This document shows, piece by piece, positions 51,047 through 61,300 of a DNA stretch of 64,000 bases. Position 1 is the stretch's first letter. The number at the start of each line of letters is the position of its first letter. Under the pieces are notes generated by a model. That model made no database searches. It saw nothing but the letters and a program-made list of their open reading frames with translations, and was not told the DNA's origin. The position numbers and the translations under genes were made by a program. Location of the stretch: contig CAVXAI010000008.1 in NCBI GenBank assembly GCA_963759645.1, positions 206,496 through 270,495 on the forward strand, written 5' to 3'. This stretch comes from an uncultured Acidimicrobiales bacterium (GTDB lineage: Bacteria > Actinomycetota > Acidimicrobiia > Acidimicrobiales > DATKAS01).

Positions 51047-52728
51047 ATGGAGGGTCACCAGGCGCTGTATCGCCGGTATCGCTCCCAGCGGTTCGACGAG
51101 GTGCTCGGGCAAGACCATGTGGTGCGGGCCCTTCGCAACGCCGTTCGGGAGGACCGCGTCTCGCACGCCTACCTGTTCAGCGGTCCGCGCGGCACCGGCA
51201 AGACCTCGACGGCGCGCATCCTCGCCAAGGCCCTCAACTGCCCGAACGTGGCCGACGGCGAGCCGTGCGGCACCTGCGAGGTGTGTCGGGCGATCGAGCA
51301 CGGCACGTCCTTCGACGTGTTCGAGCTCGACGCGGCATCGAACAACGGCGTCGACAGCATCCGCGAGCTGAACGAACGGGCGGCGCTCGGCACGGCCGGC
51401 CGGCGCAAGGTGTACATCCTCGACGAGGTCCACATGCTGTCGAAGGGCGCCTCGAACGCGCTGTTGAAGACACTCGAAGACCCGCCCGGGCATGTCGTGT
51501 TCGTGCTGGCGACGACGGACCCGCAGAAGGTCGAGAAGACGATCAGCAGCCGCACGCAGCACTTGCAGTTCCATCTGTTGCCGGCCGACGTCCTCACCCA
51601 GCACGTCGAGTACATCGTGAAGGACGCGGGGCTCGACCTTCCTCCCGACGCGCTCGACTACGTGCTGCGCGCGGGTGGAGGCTCCGCTCGCGACACGCTG
51701 TCAGCACTGGACCAGGTCGTGGCGGCGGGCTCGGTACCCGATGACGGTCCGTCGGTCGAAGACCTCGTCGACGCGCTCGCCGACCGCGACGCCGCGCGAG
51801 CCCTCGCCGGGGTCGCGGCGGCGGTGTCGGCCGGCACGGACGTGCGCAGCCTCACGGAACGACTCGTCGCGTGGCTGCGCGACACGTTCCTCGTTGCGAT
51901 GGCGCCCGACGTCGTCGAGCTCGCGGAGTCGGCGCGAGCGCGCGCGGCGAGCCAGGCCGAGCGGCTCGGGCCCGCGGCGACCGTGCGAGCGCTCGAAGTG
52001 CTCGGCGGTGCATTGGTCGAGATGCGCCACGCGACCGACCCGCGCGTGTTGCTCGACGTCGCCCTCGTGCGCATCGCCAACCCGGCCACCGACGACAGTC
52101 CAGGCGCGTTGCTCGAGCGCCTCGAGCGCCTCGAGCGGGCCGCGGCGACCGGCGCAGCGTCTGCCGCTGCCGCTCCCCCGCCGCCGACCTCCGGAGGCCG
52201 CGCCGCGCTCGGCAGTCACGCGCGCAAGACGGCACCCGCGGAGGAGAAGCCGCCGACCGAGACGCCGGGGACCGAGACGGCGCAAGCGGCACCGACGACC
52301 GACGAGCCGCAACCCTCTCCAGCGCCGCAGGGTGCGTTCCCCTCACGCGACGAGCTCACGGTCGCCTGGGCCGACGTCGTGCTCCCGCAACTCAAGGGGA
52401 TGGTCAAGGCGCTCTACGCCGCGGGACGGTTCCTCTCCGCCGACGAGAGCGGCGCGGTGTTCGCGCTTCCCACGGCTCCCCACCGGGCGAAGTGCGAAGA
52501 ACGCCGCCACGAGGTCGAGGCGGTGCTGGCTGCGCATTTCGGTCGACCGGTTCCGCTCCGGCTCGTGGTCGACGGCGAGGCCGCGCCCGCTGCGAGCCCG
52601 CGGCGCCTGTTGTCGAAGAGCCCGTCGACATGAGCGAGCTCACCGACGCGCCGTCGGCTCCGACCTCCTCGATCGATCGGATCACCGAGGCGTTTCCGGG
52701 CGCGGAGCTCCTCACCGACGAATCCTGA
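51047..52728 (+). pseudogene. dnaX: DNA polymerase III subunit gamma/tau, one frame break about 130 nt before the 3' end
   Basis: It begins MEGHQALYRRYRSQRFDEVLGQ and has Walker A GPRGTGKTS, zinc module CGTCEVC and YILDEVHML. ORF 50993..52633 stops early. The conserved tail EEPVDMSELTDAP...ITEAFPGAELLTDES lies in the frame of ORF 51871..52728. Confidence 0.85.
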
Positions 52729-52731
52729 GAG

Positions 52732-53079
52732 GTGGCCGTGTCCAGCGACGACGACTTCATGGGGAACCTGCTGAAGCAAGCGCAGGCGATGCAAGAGCAG
52801 ATGCTCGCGGCCCAGGAGCAGGCAGCGGCGCAGGAGGTGGAAGGGCAGGCGGGCGGCGGGCGGGTGAGGGTGACGGTCACGGGTTCCCTCGAGTTCACGA
52901 AGGTGCGCATCGATCCGAGCGTCGTCGATCCGATGGAGATCGAGCTGCTCGAGGATCTCATCCTCGCTGCGGTGCACGACGCCGTCGCCCGCGCGCGAGC
53001 GCTGCAGAGCAATGCGATGGGCGGACTCCCGGCGCTCGGTGATCTCGGGGGTCTCCTCGGCGGTGGGGAACCGGAGTGA
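52732..53079 (+). CDS. YbaB/EbfC family nucleoid-associated protein
   Basis: It has [18 protein letters not shown] and [27 protein letters not shown]...[12 protein letters not shown]. It sits in the conserved dnaX-ybaB-recR order. Confidence 0.85.
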   Translation: MAVSSDDDFMGNLLKQAQAMQEQMLAAQEQAAAQEVEGQAGGGRVRVTVTGSLEFTKVRIDPSVVDPMEIELLEDLILAAVHDAVARARALQSNAMGGLPALGDLGGLLGGGEPE

Positions 53080-53681
53080 CGGTCTACGCGGGGCCGGTGC
53101 AGTCGCTCATCGACGAGCTCGGTCGGCTCCCCGGGATCGGCCCGAAGTCCGCGCAACGCATCGCGTTCCATCTGCTGAAGCTCCCGGCCGAGGATGTCGC
53201 GCGGCTCACACGCGCGATCTCCGAGGCGAAGGAGCGAGTGACGTTCTGCGCGCGGTGCTTCAACGTCTCGGAAGGACCCGAGTGCGGGATCTGCGCAGAC
53301 CCTCGGCGCGACACCACCACGTTGTGCGTCGTCGAGGAGCCCCGTGACATCGTCGCCGTCGAGAAGACGGGCGAGTTCCGCGGGCGGTACCACGTGCTGC
53401 AGGGCGCGATCAGCCCCATCGAGGGCATCGGCCCCGAGCAGCTGCGGATCAAGGAGCTGCTGACGCGACTCGAACCCGAAGCGGTCACCGAGGTGATCCT
53501 GGCGACGAACCCGAACATCGAGGGCGAAGCGACCGCGATGTATCTCGCCCGGTTGCTCAAGCCGCTCGGGTTCAAGGTCACACGGATCGCCAGCGGCCTT
53601 CCGGTCGGCGGCGACCTGGAGTACGCCGACGAGGTGACGCTGGGACGGGCCCTCGAGGGTCGTCGCGACGTCGAAACCTGA
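53076..53681 (+). CDS. recR: Recombination protein RecR
   Basis: Intact 201-aa ORF with HhH ([17 protein letters not shown]), a C4 zinc finger ([16 protein letters not shown]) and a Toprim domain. Its start overlaps the ybaB stop (GTGA). Confidence 0.9.
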   Translation: MTVYAGPVQSLIDELGRLPGIGPKSAQRIAFHLLKLPAEDVARLTRAISEAKERVTFCARCFNVSEGPECGICADPRRDTTTLCVVEEPRDIVAVEKTGEFRGRYHVLQGAISPIEGIGPEQLRIKELLTRLEPEAVTEVILATNPNIEGEATAMYLARLLKPLGFKVTRIASGLPVGGDLEYADEVTLGRALEGRRDVET

Positions 53682-53708
53682 GCCGACCCTGCCTGAGCAG
53701 AGACGCGG

Positions 53709-53776
53709 CTCGGGGTGTCGTCTGCGCGCAGTGCGAGGCGGGCGGACACCCACACCGGCGAGGACGACACCCCGAG
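53709..53776. other. Long inverted repeat: 14-bp perfect arms CTCGGGGTGTCGTC / GACGACACCCCGAG separated by 40 nt
   Basis: Seen directly in the 222-bp gap between convergent recR and the PAP2 gene. An inner 10-bp palindrome CTGCGCGCAG lies at about 53720. Confidence 0.4.
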
Positions 53777-53852
53777 ACATGAGGGACCCGAGGGGGGCTG
53801 CAGGTCCATCTGTTGCGATGACGTTACAACAGTGACGATCCCGTGACAACGA

Positions 53853-53871
53853 CCGCCGGGTGAACAGGCGG
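53853..53871 (-). terminator. Short hairpin CCGCC-N9-GGCGG after the minus-strand PAP2 gene
   Basis: It lies 33 nt beyond the stop at 53904 and has a weak 5-bp stem. Confidence 0.2.
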
Positions 53872-53903
53872 GGAACTTCGTGCGGTGCCGGGATTCGAGC
53901 AGG

Positions 53904-54893
53904 TCAGCGGGTGGCGCCCACCGGCTGGGGCGGTGGGGTCGGATCGAGCGCCTCCGCGACCTCGGCCGTCTCGACCGGCTTACCGAAGCGCAGCAACCAG
54001 CCGCCGAACGCGATCGAGCAGACCGCGAACCACGCCCAACCGAGGGCGAGGCCGGCGAGGACATCGGTGAACCAGTGCACGCCGAGGAACACCCGGCTCG
54101 CGGCGACCGCCCCGGCGATGCCGACGGCGAGGGCGGCACCGATGATCTTCGCTCGGCGTCCATGACGACGCGTCAGCAAGAGCGCGAACGCCGCGAGGCT
54201 GGCCGCCGCAGCCGTGGAGTGGCCCGACGGGAACGACGTCCCCGCAAATCCAGTGAGCGGGAGGATGTCGGGCCGGGCCCGCTCCACGCCGATCTTGATG
54301 AGGTTGGACAGGGCGAATTGCCCGCCGACGCACAGGACGAGGAAGCCGATCGTGGCGAGTGCGTGTCGGGACCGCAGCTCGATGATCGCGACGACGACAG
54401 CTGCGGTCACGATGAATGCGGTGCCGCCCAGAAGAGAGACGGTGCGGAGAAAGTCGGTCGCCACGTCGGAGGACTGGTCGGCGCCCCAGTTCGCGAACGT
54501 CGAGTCCAAGTCGGCGAGTGCCTCATGTCGACGGACCATGATCAGCAGCACGCCGACGGCGACCGCGCCCGCAGCGACGAGCGCGAGCGCCACAGTGAGC
54601 GCCGAGACCCGTGAGCGTCGAGGCGTCCAAACGGCTGCGCACGACACGACGCAGCGTCGGATGCTCGTGCACCGTCTCTGCGACGTGGCGGGGGCGACCG
54701 CCGGGGCCTCGACACGCGGCCAGCGACGCACGACCACGGTCGCGACTGCGGCCAGGGCCGCGCCAGCCGCGAGGGTTGCGACGATCACCATTGCGACGGC
54801 AATTCCCCGATGTCGCCCGCGATAGACGCCGCGTTTCCGCAAGGTGACGCGTGGGTAGACACCGGTCACCATGTTGTCCCAACGGAAACCCAT
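53904..54893 (-). pseudogene. PAP2-family phosphatase (membrane), probably one frame break in the N-terminal third
   Basis: PAP2 motifs are GTSFPSGHS and SRVFLGVHWFTDVLAG, in ORF 53904..55160. The N-terminal region around 54600-54700 reads poorly in this frame. The start is uncertain (54893 or 54872). Confidence 0.65.
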
Positions 54894-55635
54894 CCGGCCG
54901 AGGTCGGCGCCGTCCGCTGAGGTCATCCCGTCCGACGTCGACCTCGTCGAGGAGCGCTCCCGCCTCCCCCTGTGGGCGCTGCCCCCGGTGCAGTGGCTGC
55001 TCATCGCGCTGCCGATGATCGCTCTCGGGTGGCTCATCGACGGGCCGCTCGCGCTGACCGGTCCCGAGGACAACATCAACGAATGGTTCGCCAACCGCCG
55101 GCAGGACTGGCTCGACGACCTGACTGTCATCCCGACGAAGCTGGCGAGCACCGAGGGCATCGTGATCGTCGCCGGCCTCGTCGCCGTCTACTTCCTGGCA
55201 CGCCGGCGGTGGCCGAGCCTGGTGCTCATGGGCGTGGGCGCTGACCGCCGAGCTCACGATCTTCCTCTTCACCAACCTGGTCACCGGGTCGACCCCGACC
55301 CGACGTCGTCAAGCTCGACTCCGTGCCCGCGACGTCGAGCTTCCCGTCAGGCCACGTCGCCGCGACGGTTGCGCTGTACGGGTCGCTCGCATTGATCGTC
55401 ACCTTGCGAGAACGCCGCCCGTGGCTGGCGTCGCTGCTGTGGGTGTGGGCCGTCGTTCGCCACCGCCGGAGTGGCGTTCGCCCGCGTGTACCGCGGGGCT
55501 CATCACGTCAGCGACGTGATCGGCGGCGCGGCGCTCGGCGTGGCCTGCATCATCGCGGCGACGATCCTCGCCCACCGCGCCGCCGAGTGGATGCGCGACC
55601 GCGGCAATCTGCTCGAAGCCCAGGACCTGTCATGA
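54871..55635 (+). pseudogene. PAP2-family phosphatase (membrane), about 3 frame breaks
   Basis: Fragments in different frames are LTAELTIFLFTNLV, SSFPSGHVAATVALYGSL and ARVYRGAHHVSDVIGGAALG (ORFs 54871..55395 and 55323..). The end AQDLS* overlaps the next start (ATGA at 55632..55635). Confidence 0.6.
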
Positions 55636-56530
55636 AGCCGGTCGCGGTGATCGCCCACACGAAGAAGACGATCGGCGGGGGCCTCGGTGATCTCCGGCGC
55701 TTGCTCGACGAGCATGAGATCACCGACCCGATGTGGTTCGAGATCTCGTCGAGCAAGAAGGCCCGGAAGTGCGCGCGTCGCGCGTTGAAGGACGGTGCGG
55801 AGCTCGTCATCGCTTGGGGCGGCGACGGCACCGTGCAGCGATGCATCGACGCGCTCGCGGGCACCGGGGTGACGCTCGCGGTGATCCCCGCCGGCACCGC
55901 GAACCTCTTCGCCACCAATGTCGGCATTCCCATCGACCTCGAAGGCGCGGTCGAAGTCGCCGCGGAAGGTCAGGTCAGCCATGTGGACGTCGGCGTCGCG
56001 AACGGCGAGCACTTTGGCGTCATGGCCGGCGTCGGCTTCGACGTGACGATGATCGACGCTGCCGATCGTTCGGCCAAGAAGCACTTTGGCCGCGCCGCCT
56101 ACGTGTGGACGGGCGTGCAGGCCGCTCGCCGGGAAGCGATCAAGATGCAGATCGAGGTCGACGGTGAGCAGTGGTTCACCGGGAAGGCCACCTGTCTGCT
56201 CATCGGGAACGTGCCGAACGTGATCGGCGGCCTCACGGTCTTTCCCTCGGCCAGCCTCGACGAGCGGCACCCTCGAAGTTGGGCGTCGTCACCGCCGACG
56301 GACTCGTGGACTGGGGACGCGTCCTCACGAAGGTGGTGCGCAAGCACCCGGAAGCTTCGCCGTTCGTGAAGATGACGCAGCGGCCGCTCGATCGAGCTGA
56401 CGATGAAGGGCAAGCACCTGTACGAGCTCGACGGAGGCACACGCGACACGGTGAAGCGGCTTCAGTTCGAAGTGAAGGCTGAAGCGCTGCGCGTCATGGT
56501 GCCCCGCGTCCGAGAGTCGGCGACCTCATG
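55632..56530 (+). pseudogene. Diacylglycerol/lipid kinase (DAGK catalytic domain, YegS/BmrU-like), two frame breaks
   Basis: It begins MKPVAVIAHTKK and has IAWGGDGTVQRCIDAL and IPAGTANLFA. The C-terminal pieces are LEVGVVTADGLVDW and ELTMKGKHLYELDGGTRDTVKRLQFEVKAEALRVMVP, in other frames. Breaks lie near 56265 and 56385. Confidence 0.7.
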
Positions 56531-57520
56531 AGCACCGCCCATCTCGTCCCCGAGACTCGTGACCTCTCTGGCGACGACGCGTTCGAGACGCTTGCGCCGC
56601 ACCGGACGTCGTCACCTGCTGGCCGACGCGTTCCGCCGCCTTCGCTATCTCCGACGGCTTCAGCCACGCCCGGTCGCTCGCCTACCTCAGCGTCCTCATC
56701 GTCGTGCAAGGGCACGATCGCACTGGTCGGGACTCGCCAGTCGCGCTGAACAACGAAGCGTTCAGTGACACGGTGACCGCCGCGATCGAAGGCAGCGCTC
56801 CCGGACCTTCCGGCGAGCTGCTGACAGCCGCCGCCCATCAGGCTCAGACGGCGGGTGGCAACGGCAACCTCCTCGCGCTGTTCCTCGGCCTCGCTGGCTG
56901 TCTCGTTCGCGGGCACGACAGCGCTCGGCCAGTTCGAGCGCGCGCTGAACCGCCTGTACGGCGTCGAGGCCGACCGGCCGACAGTGCAGAAGTACGGCTT
57001 TGCGTTCGTGCTCGCCGTCGTGATCGGCACCTTCCTCACTGCGGCCTTCGCGACGGTCGCGGTCAGCGGTGCCTACTCGGTTTCGTTGGACGGCACGATG
57101 CTCGATACCGCGTGGTCGGTCGTGCGCTGGCCGCTCGCCGCGTTGCTCGTGACCGGAGGCATGGCGTTTCTCTTCCGATGGTCACCCCGGCGGCAGCAGC
57201 CGCGGTGGTCGTGGCTCACGTTCGGAGCGACGATCGGCGTGGCGCTGTGGCTCGCGTCCACCGCCCTGCTCGCGTTGTTCTTCCGGTGGAGCTCAACGTT
57301 CGGCGAGACGTACGGTCCGCTCGCCGGACTCGTGGCGCTGCTCATCTGGGCGCTGCTCTCCACCGTCGCCCTCCTCTACGGCGCGGCGGTGAACGCGCAG
57401 CTCGAAGCTGTGCGTGCGCACGCGTCGGCGCCGCAGGATCAGGAGAAGGTGTCCGAGTCCGAACCCTCGGCAAACGAACCGGGCTCATCCGAGCCTGTCC
57501 TCGTCACCAGCGGCCGCTGA
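56527..57520 (+). pseudogene. YihY/BrkB (ribonuclease BN-like) family membrane protein, about 3 frame breaks
   Basis: Fragments are RHLLADAFRRLRY.DGFSHARSLAYLSVL (frame-shifted pieces) and GTTALGQFERALNRLYGVEADRP...ETYGPLAGLVALLIWALLSTVALLYGAAVNAQLE (ORF 56855..57520). The start overlaps the DAGK stop (ATGA). Confidence 0.6.
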
Positions 57521-57523
57521 CCG

Positions 57524-58700
57524 ATGAGCGAAGGCGCGGAGCGCGACGTCGAGATCCAGCTTCGACGCACCATCGAGGGGGTCATCGGCGTACCGGCAAC
57601 CGAGGGCAACCAGATCGAGGTGCTGCGCAACGGCGTCGAGGTCTTCCCGGCGATGCTCGAAGCGATCGACGGCGCACAGCGGTCCATCGACTTCCTCACC
57701 TTCGTCTACTGGAAGGGCGCGATCGGCACGAAGTTCGCGGAGCGGCTCGCGGCCCGTGCCAAGGAAGGGGTTCGGGTGCGGCTGTTGCTCGACGGGTTCG
57801 GTTGCAACCCGATCGACCGCGATCTCGTCACGATGATGGACGACGCCGGCGTGCACGTCCGTTGGTTCCGGCCGCTGCCCCGATTCATGCTCGGCGCCGA
57901 TGAACCACCGCACTCACCGCAAGGTGCTCGTCGTGGACGAGGGCACCGGGTTCACCGGCGGCATCGGCATCGCCGACGAGTGGGACGGCGACGCGCGGAA
58001 CGAGCACGAGTGGCGTGACACACACTTCCGCATCCGCGGTCCCGCCGTCGATGGTCTCCGGGCCGCGTTCCTCGACAACTGGGCCGAGACCGATCCCGTG
58101 CTGTTCGATCCCGCCTTCGACCATTTCCCCGATCAGCCGAAGCAGGGCACGACCACGGCCATGTGCGTCCGCGGCGCGTCGGAGACAGGGCTGGAGCGAC
58201 ATCGCGACACTGTTCCGCGCGCTGCTGCAGGTCGCCGAGAAGTCGATCAGGCTAACGACGGCGTACTTCGTACCGGACAGCGAGCTGACGGATCGCCTCT
58301 GCGATGCTGCCGGTCGCGGGATCGATGTCCAGATCCTCCTGCCCGGACCTCACGCCGACAAGCGGTTCGTGCAGCTCGCGGGCGAGAGCTCGTATGCCCG
58401 CTGCTCGAGAGCGGAATCCGGATCTGGCACTTCCAGCCGTCGATGCTGCACGCGAAGGTCATGACGGTCGACGGCATCGTTACGAACATCGGATCCGCAA
58501 ACTTCAACACCCGGTCAGTCGCGCTCGACGAGGAGATCAACGTCGTGGCGTTCGACGCGGACCTCGTCGCCACCCTCGATCGGCACTTCGACGAGGACCT
58601 CGAGCGCAGCGTCCGGATCGAGGAAGGCCAGTGGGACGACCGGTCGCTCCGACAGCGCGTGCTCGAGACGGTTGTGCGCCCCCTGCGCCGGTTCTCATAG
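57524..58700 (+). pseudogene. Phospholipase D / cardiolipin synthase family protein (two HKD motifs), about 3 frame breaks
   Basis: HKD-1 is NHRTHRKVLVVDE...GGIGIADEW and HKD-2 is MLHAKVMTVDGIVTNIGSANFNTRS. The pieces lie in ORFs 57524..58018, 57900..58700 and 58015..58464. Confidence 0.75.
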
Positions 58701-58727
58701 GCCGACCCCTGCGCTTCTCGCGCGGGT

Positions 58728-58749
58728 AACGCGTCATTGGTGACGCGTT
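58728..58749. terminator. Bidirectional hairpin AACGCGTCA-TTGG-TGACGCGTT between convergent genes
   Basis: It has a perfect 9-bp stem and lies 28 nt after the PLD stop and 29 nt after the thiolase stop. Confidence 0.45.
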
Positions 58750-58777
58750 GGCGAAACGAGAAGCTGGGAGTTGGGGT

Positions 58778-59959
58778 CTAGAGCGTGCGGACGAGCAGCG
58801 CGTCGCCCTGTCCACCGCCGCCGCACAGGGCCGCGGCGCCGAGACCACCCCCGCGCCGGCGCAGCTCGCCGAGCAGGGTGAGCGCGAGTCGGTTGCCCGA
58901 CATGCCGATCGGATGGCCGAGCGCGATGGCGCCACCGTTGACATTGACGATCTCGTCGGTGATGCCGAGGTCGTCCATAGAGGCGATGCCCACGGCGGCG
59001 AACGCTTCGTTGATCTCGAACAGATCGACGTCCCCGAGCGCCTTGCCCGCGCGCTCGAGTGCCGCCTGAATCGCACGCGACGGCTGACTCAGCAGCGAAG
59101 GGTCGGGCCCGGCGACCTGGCCGTAGCCCACGACCTCACCGAGGGGGCTCACCGCGAGTCGCTCGGCCGCGGATTTCGACGCGACGACGACGGCGCTCGC
59201 ACCGTCGGACAGCTGTGATGCATTGCCGGCGGTGATGTTGCCCGCGGAGTCGAAGGCTGGCTTCAGCGCGCCGAGTGACTCCGCCGACGTGCCCGGGCGC
59301 ACACCCTCGTCGGTGTCGAACAGCAGCGGATCACCCTTGCGCTGCGGGATCTCGACGGGGACGATCTCGTCGGCGAAACGACCGTCCTTGATCGCGGCGG
59401 CCGCACGCTCGTGGCTCTTCGCGGCAAGCTCGTCCTGACGCTCGCGGGAGATGTTCCGGGAGGCGGAGTACTTCTCGGTGCCCGCACCCATGAGGCAGGC
59501 GTCGAAAGCGCACCACAAGCCGTCCCGGACGATCGCGTCCTGAAGCGTGGCGTCGCCGTAGCGGAAGCCGGCACGGGAGCCGGGAAGGATGTGCGGCGCG
59601 TTCGTCATGGATTCCATGCCGCCCGCGATGACGATGTCGGCCTCGCCCGCCTGGATCATCTGGTCGGCCAGGTAGATCGTGTTGAGCCCCGACAGGCACA
59701 CCTTGTTCACGGTCGTCGCCGGGACCGTCATCGGGACGCCGCCGTTCACCGCCGCCTGACGCGCGGTGATCTGACCCTGGCCCGCTCCGAGCACCTGGCC
59801 CATGAACACGTAGTCGACCTCGTCGGGCGAGAGGCCGGCGCGCTCCAGCGCGGCCTTGATAGCGAAGCCGCCCAGCTGCTGCGCGGAGAACGGCGCGAGA
59901 CCCCCAGAGAGCTTCCCGATCGGTGTGCGGGCACCGGTCACGATCACGGATCCGGCCAT
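58778..59959 (-). CDS. Acetyl-CoA C-acetyltransferase (thiolase II)
   Basis: Intact 393-aa ORF with VNKVCLSGL (active Cys), GNASQLSDGA, NGGAIALGHP and CGGGGQG. Confidence 0.9.
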   Translation of the reverse strand: MAGSVIVTGARTPIGKLSGGLAPFSAQQLGGFAIKAALERAGLSPDEVDYVFMGQVLGAGQGQITARQAAVNGGVPMTVPATTVNKVCLSGLNTIYLADQMIQAGEADIVIAGGMESMTNAPHILPGSRAGFRYGDATLQDAIVRDGLWCAFDACLMGAGTEKYSASRNISRERQDELAAKSHERAAAAIKDGRFADEIVPVEIPQRKGDPLLFDTDEGVRPGTSAESLGALKPAFDSAGNITAGNASQLSDGASAVVVASKSAAERLAVSPLGEVVGYGQVAGPDPSLLSQPSRAIQAALERAGKALGDVDLFEINEAFAAVGIASMDDLGITDEIVNVNGGAIALGHPIGMSGNRLALTLLGELRRRGGGLGAAALCGGGGQGDALLVRTL

Positions 59960-60018
59960 GACGGCTCCTCTCGACGCTGGACGATCCAGTGTAGGGGTGG
60001 GTCTTCAGCCCAGAGAAA

Positions 60019-61224
60019 TCAGCTCGGCGAAAAACGCACCGGCATGTGGCGGACACCCGCGATGAAGCTCGACGCCATGCGCTCGGGTTCGCCCGCCGGC
60101 TCGAGGTCGGGGCACCGTGTGAGGAGCTCGCGCAGCAGCGAGGAGATCTCGATGCGGGCGACGTGCATGCCGAGGCACAGGTGGGGCCCGCCCCCGCCGA
60201 ACGCCATGTGCGGGTTCGGAGTGCGGCCGACGTCGAATCGGTCGGCATCGGCGAACACGTCCGCGTCACGGTTGCCCGAGCCGTAGAACACCACAACCTT
60301 GTCGCCCGCCGCGATCGGCTGATCGCGGATGACCGTGTCGTCCATCACCGTGCGCCGGAAGTGCGCCACCGGCGACGTGTACCGGAGCATCTCGTCAACC
60401 GCAGTGGGAAGCAGGCTGTCAAGATCGCCCTGCAGGCGGGTCCGCTCGTCGGGATGCTCGAACAGCAGCTGCACCCCGGCCGCGACGAGGTTGCGGGTCG
60501 TGTCCCCTCCCGCGTTCACAAGGAGAAGGAAGAACCAGTTGAACTCGGCGTCGGTGAGCCCGTCGCCGTCGATCTCGGCCTGGACCAGGACGCTGGCGAT
60601 GTCGTCCGCGGGCTTGGCCCGCTTGTCGCGAGCGACCTCGTCCGCGTAGCCGAGCATCTCGATCATCGCAGCGACCCGCCGGTCGGGCGGGGCGATGGTG
60701 TCGTCGGTCGTGTGCATCAGCTCGGTGAGCTCGTAGAGGTGCTCTCCATCGGAGCGGGGGATCCCCATCAGCTCGGCGATGAGACCCGAGGGCAGTCGAC
60801 CGGCAACGTCCGCAACGAGGTCGCACTCCCCGCGTCCGGCGACGTCGGCGACGATCTCACGGCTGAGCTCGTCGATGCGATCGCGCAGCAGCTCCGCGTT
60901 CTTCGGCGTGAACCCGCGGCTGACGAGCAACTTGAAGCGATCGTGCTGCGGCGGGTCCATGTTGAGCATCATCTGCCGCGAGGCCTCGAGCGCACCGGGG
61001 TCAGGCTCACCGATCATCGTGCCTCGCGCGTACGAGCTGTAGAGCTTCGGCTGCCGGCTCACCATCTTGATGTCGTCGTACTTGGTGAGCGCCCAGAAGT
61101 CCGGGCCGTCAGGGTCTGAGTGTCGAAAGACCGGCGCGTGCTCGCGCAACCAGGCGTACTGCGCCCACGGGTGGCCGTGCGCGAACGCCGCGGTCGAGAT
61201 CAGGTCGATGTCGGTCGACTGCAC
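60019..61224 (-). CDS. Cytochrome P450
   Basis: The frame is intact (ORF 60019..61323). It has the heme loop FGGGGPHLCLGMHVA, EMLRYTSP (ExxR) and the I-helix LLLVNAGGDTT. The start is uncertain (GTG 61224, or ATG 61302 further upstream). Confidence 0.85.
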   Translation of the reverse strand: MQSTDIDLISTAAFAHGHPWAQYAWLREHAPVFRHSDPDGPDFWALTKYDDIKMVSRQPKLYSSYARGTMIGEPDPGALEASRQMMLNMDPPQHDRFKLLVSRGFTPKNAELLRDRIDELSREIVADVAGRGECDLVADVAGRLPSGLIAELMGIPRSDGEHLYELTELMHTTDDTIAPPDRRVAAMIEMLGYADEVARDKRAKPADDIASVLVQAEIDGDGLTDAEFNWFFLLLVNAGGDTTRNLVAAGVQLLFEHPDERTRLQGDLDSLLPTAVDEMLRYTSPVAHFRRTVMDDTVIRDQPIAAGDKVVVFYGSGNRDADVFADADRFDVGRTPNPHMAFGGGGPHLCLGMHVARIEISSLLRELLTRCPDLEPAGEPERMASSFIAGVRHMPVRFSPS

Positions 61225-61300
61225 GCGCCGACCGTAGCCCCAGCCCGCGTGCGCCGGTCCGGCTTGGAAGCCGAAAGTGACCGACCGGTAGCCTGCGCTC

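Noticed and set aside
52585-52633. Programmed ribosomal frameshift in dnaX
   Set aside because: There is no slippery X-XXY-YYZ heptamer or poly-A slippage site at the junction. The same kind of single-base frame break occurs in dozens of unrelated genes in this window.
54870-54873. CATG overlaps of divergent start codons (54870..54873 for the two PAP2 genes; 61300..61303 for P450/ccr)
   Set aside because: Both depend on choosing the most upstream start for the minus-strand gene. More conservative internal starts (54893 or an alternative; GTG 61224) remove the overlap, so this is probably coincidence.
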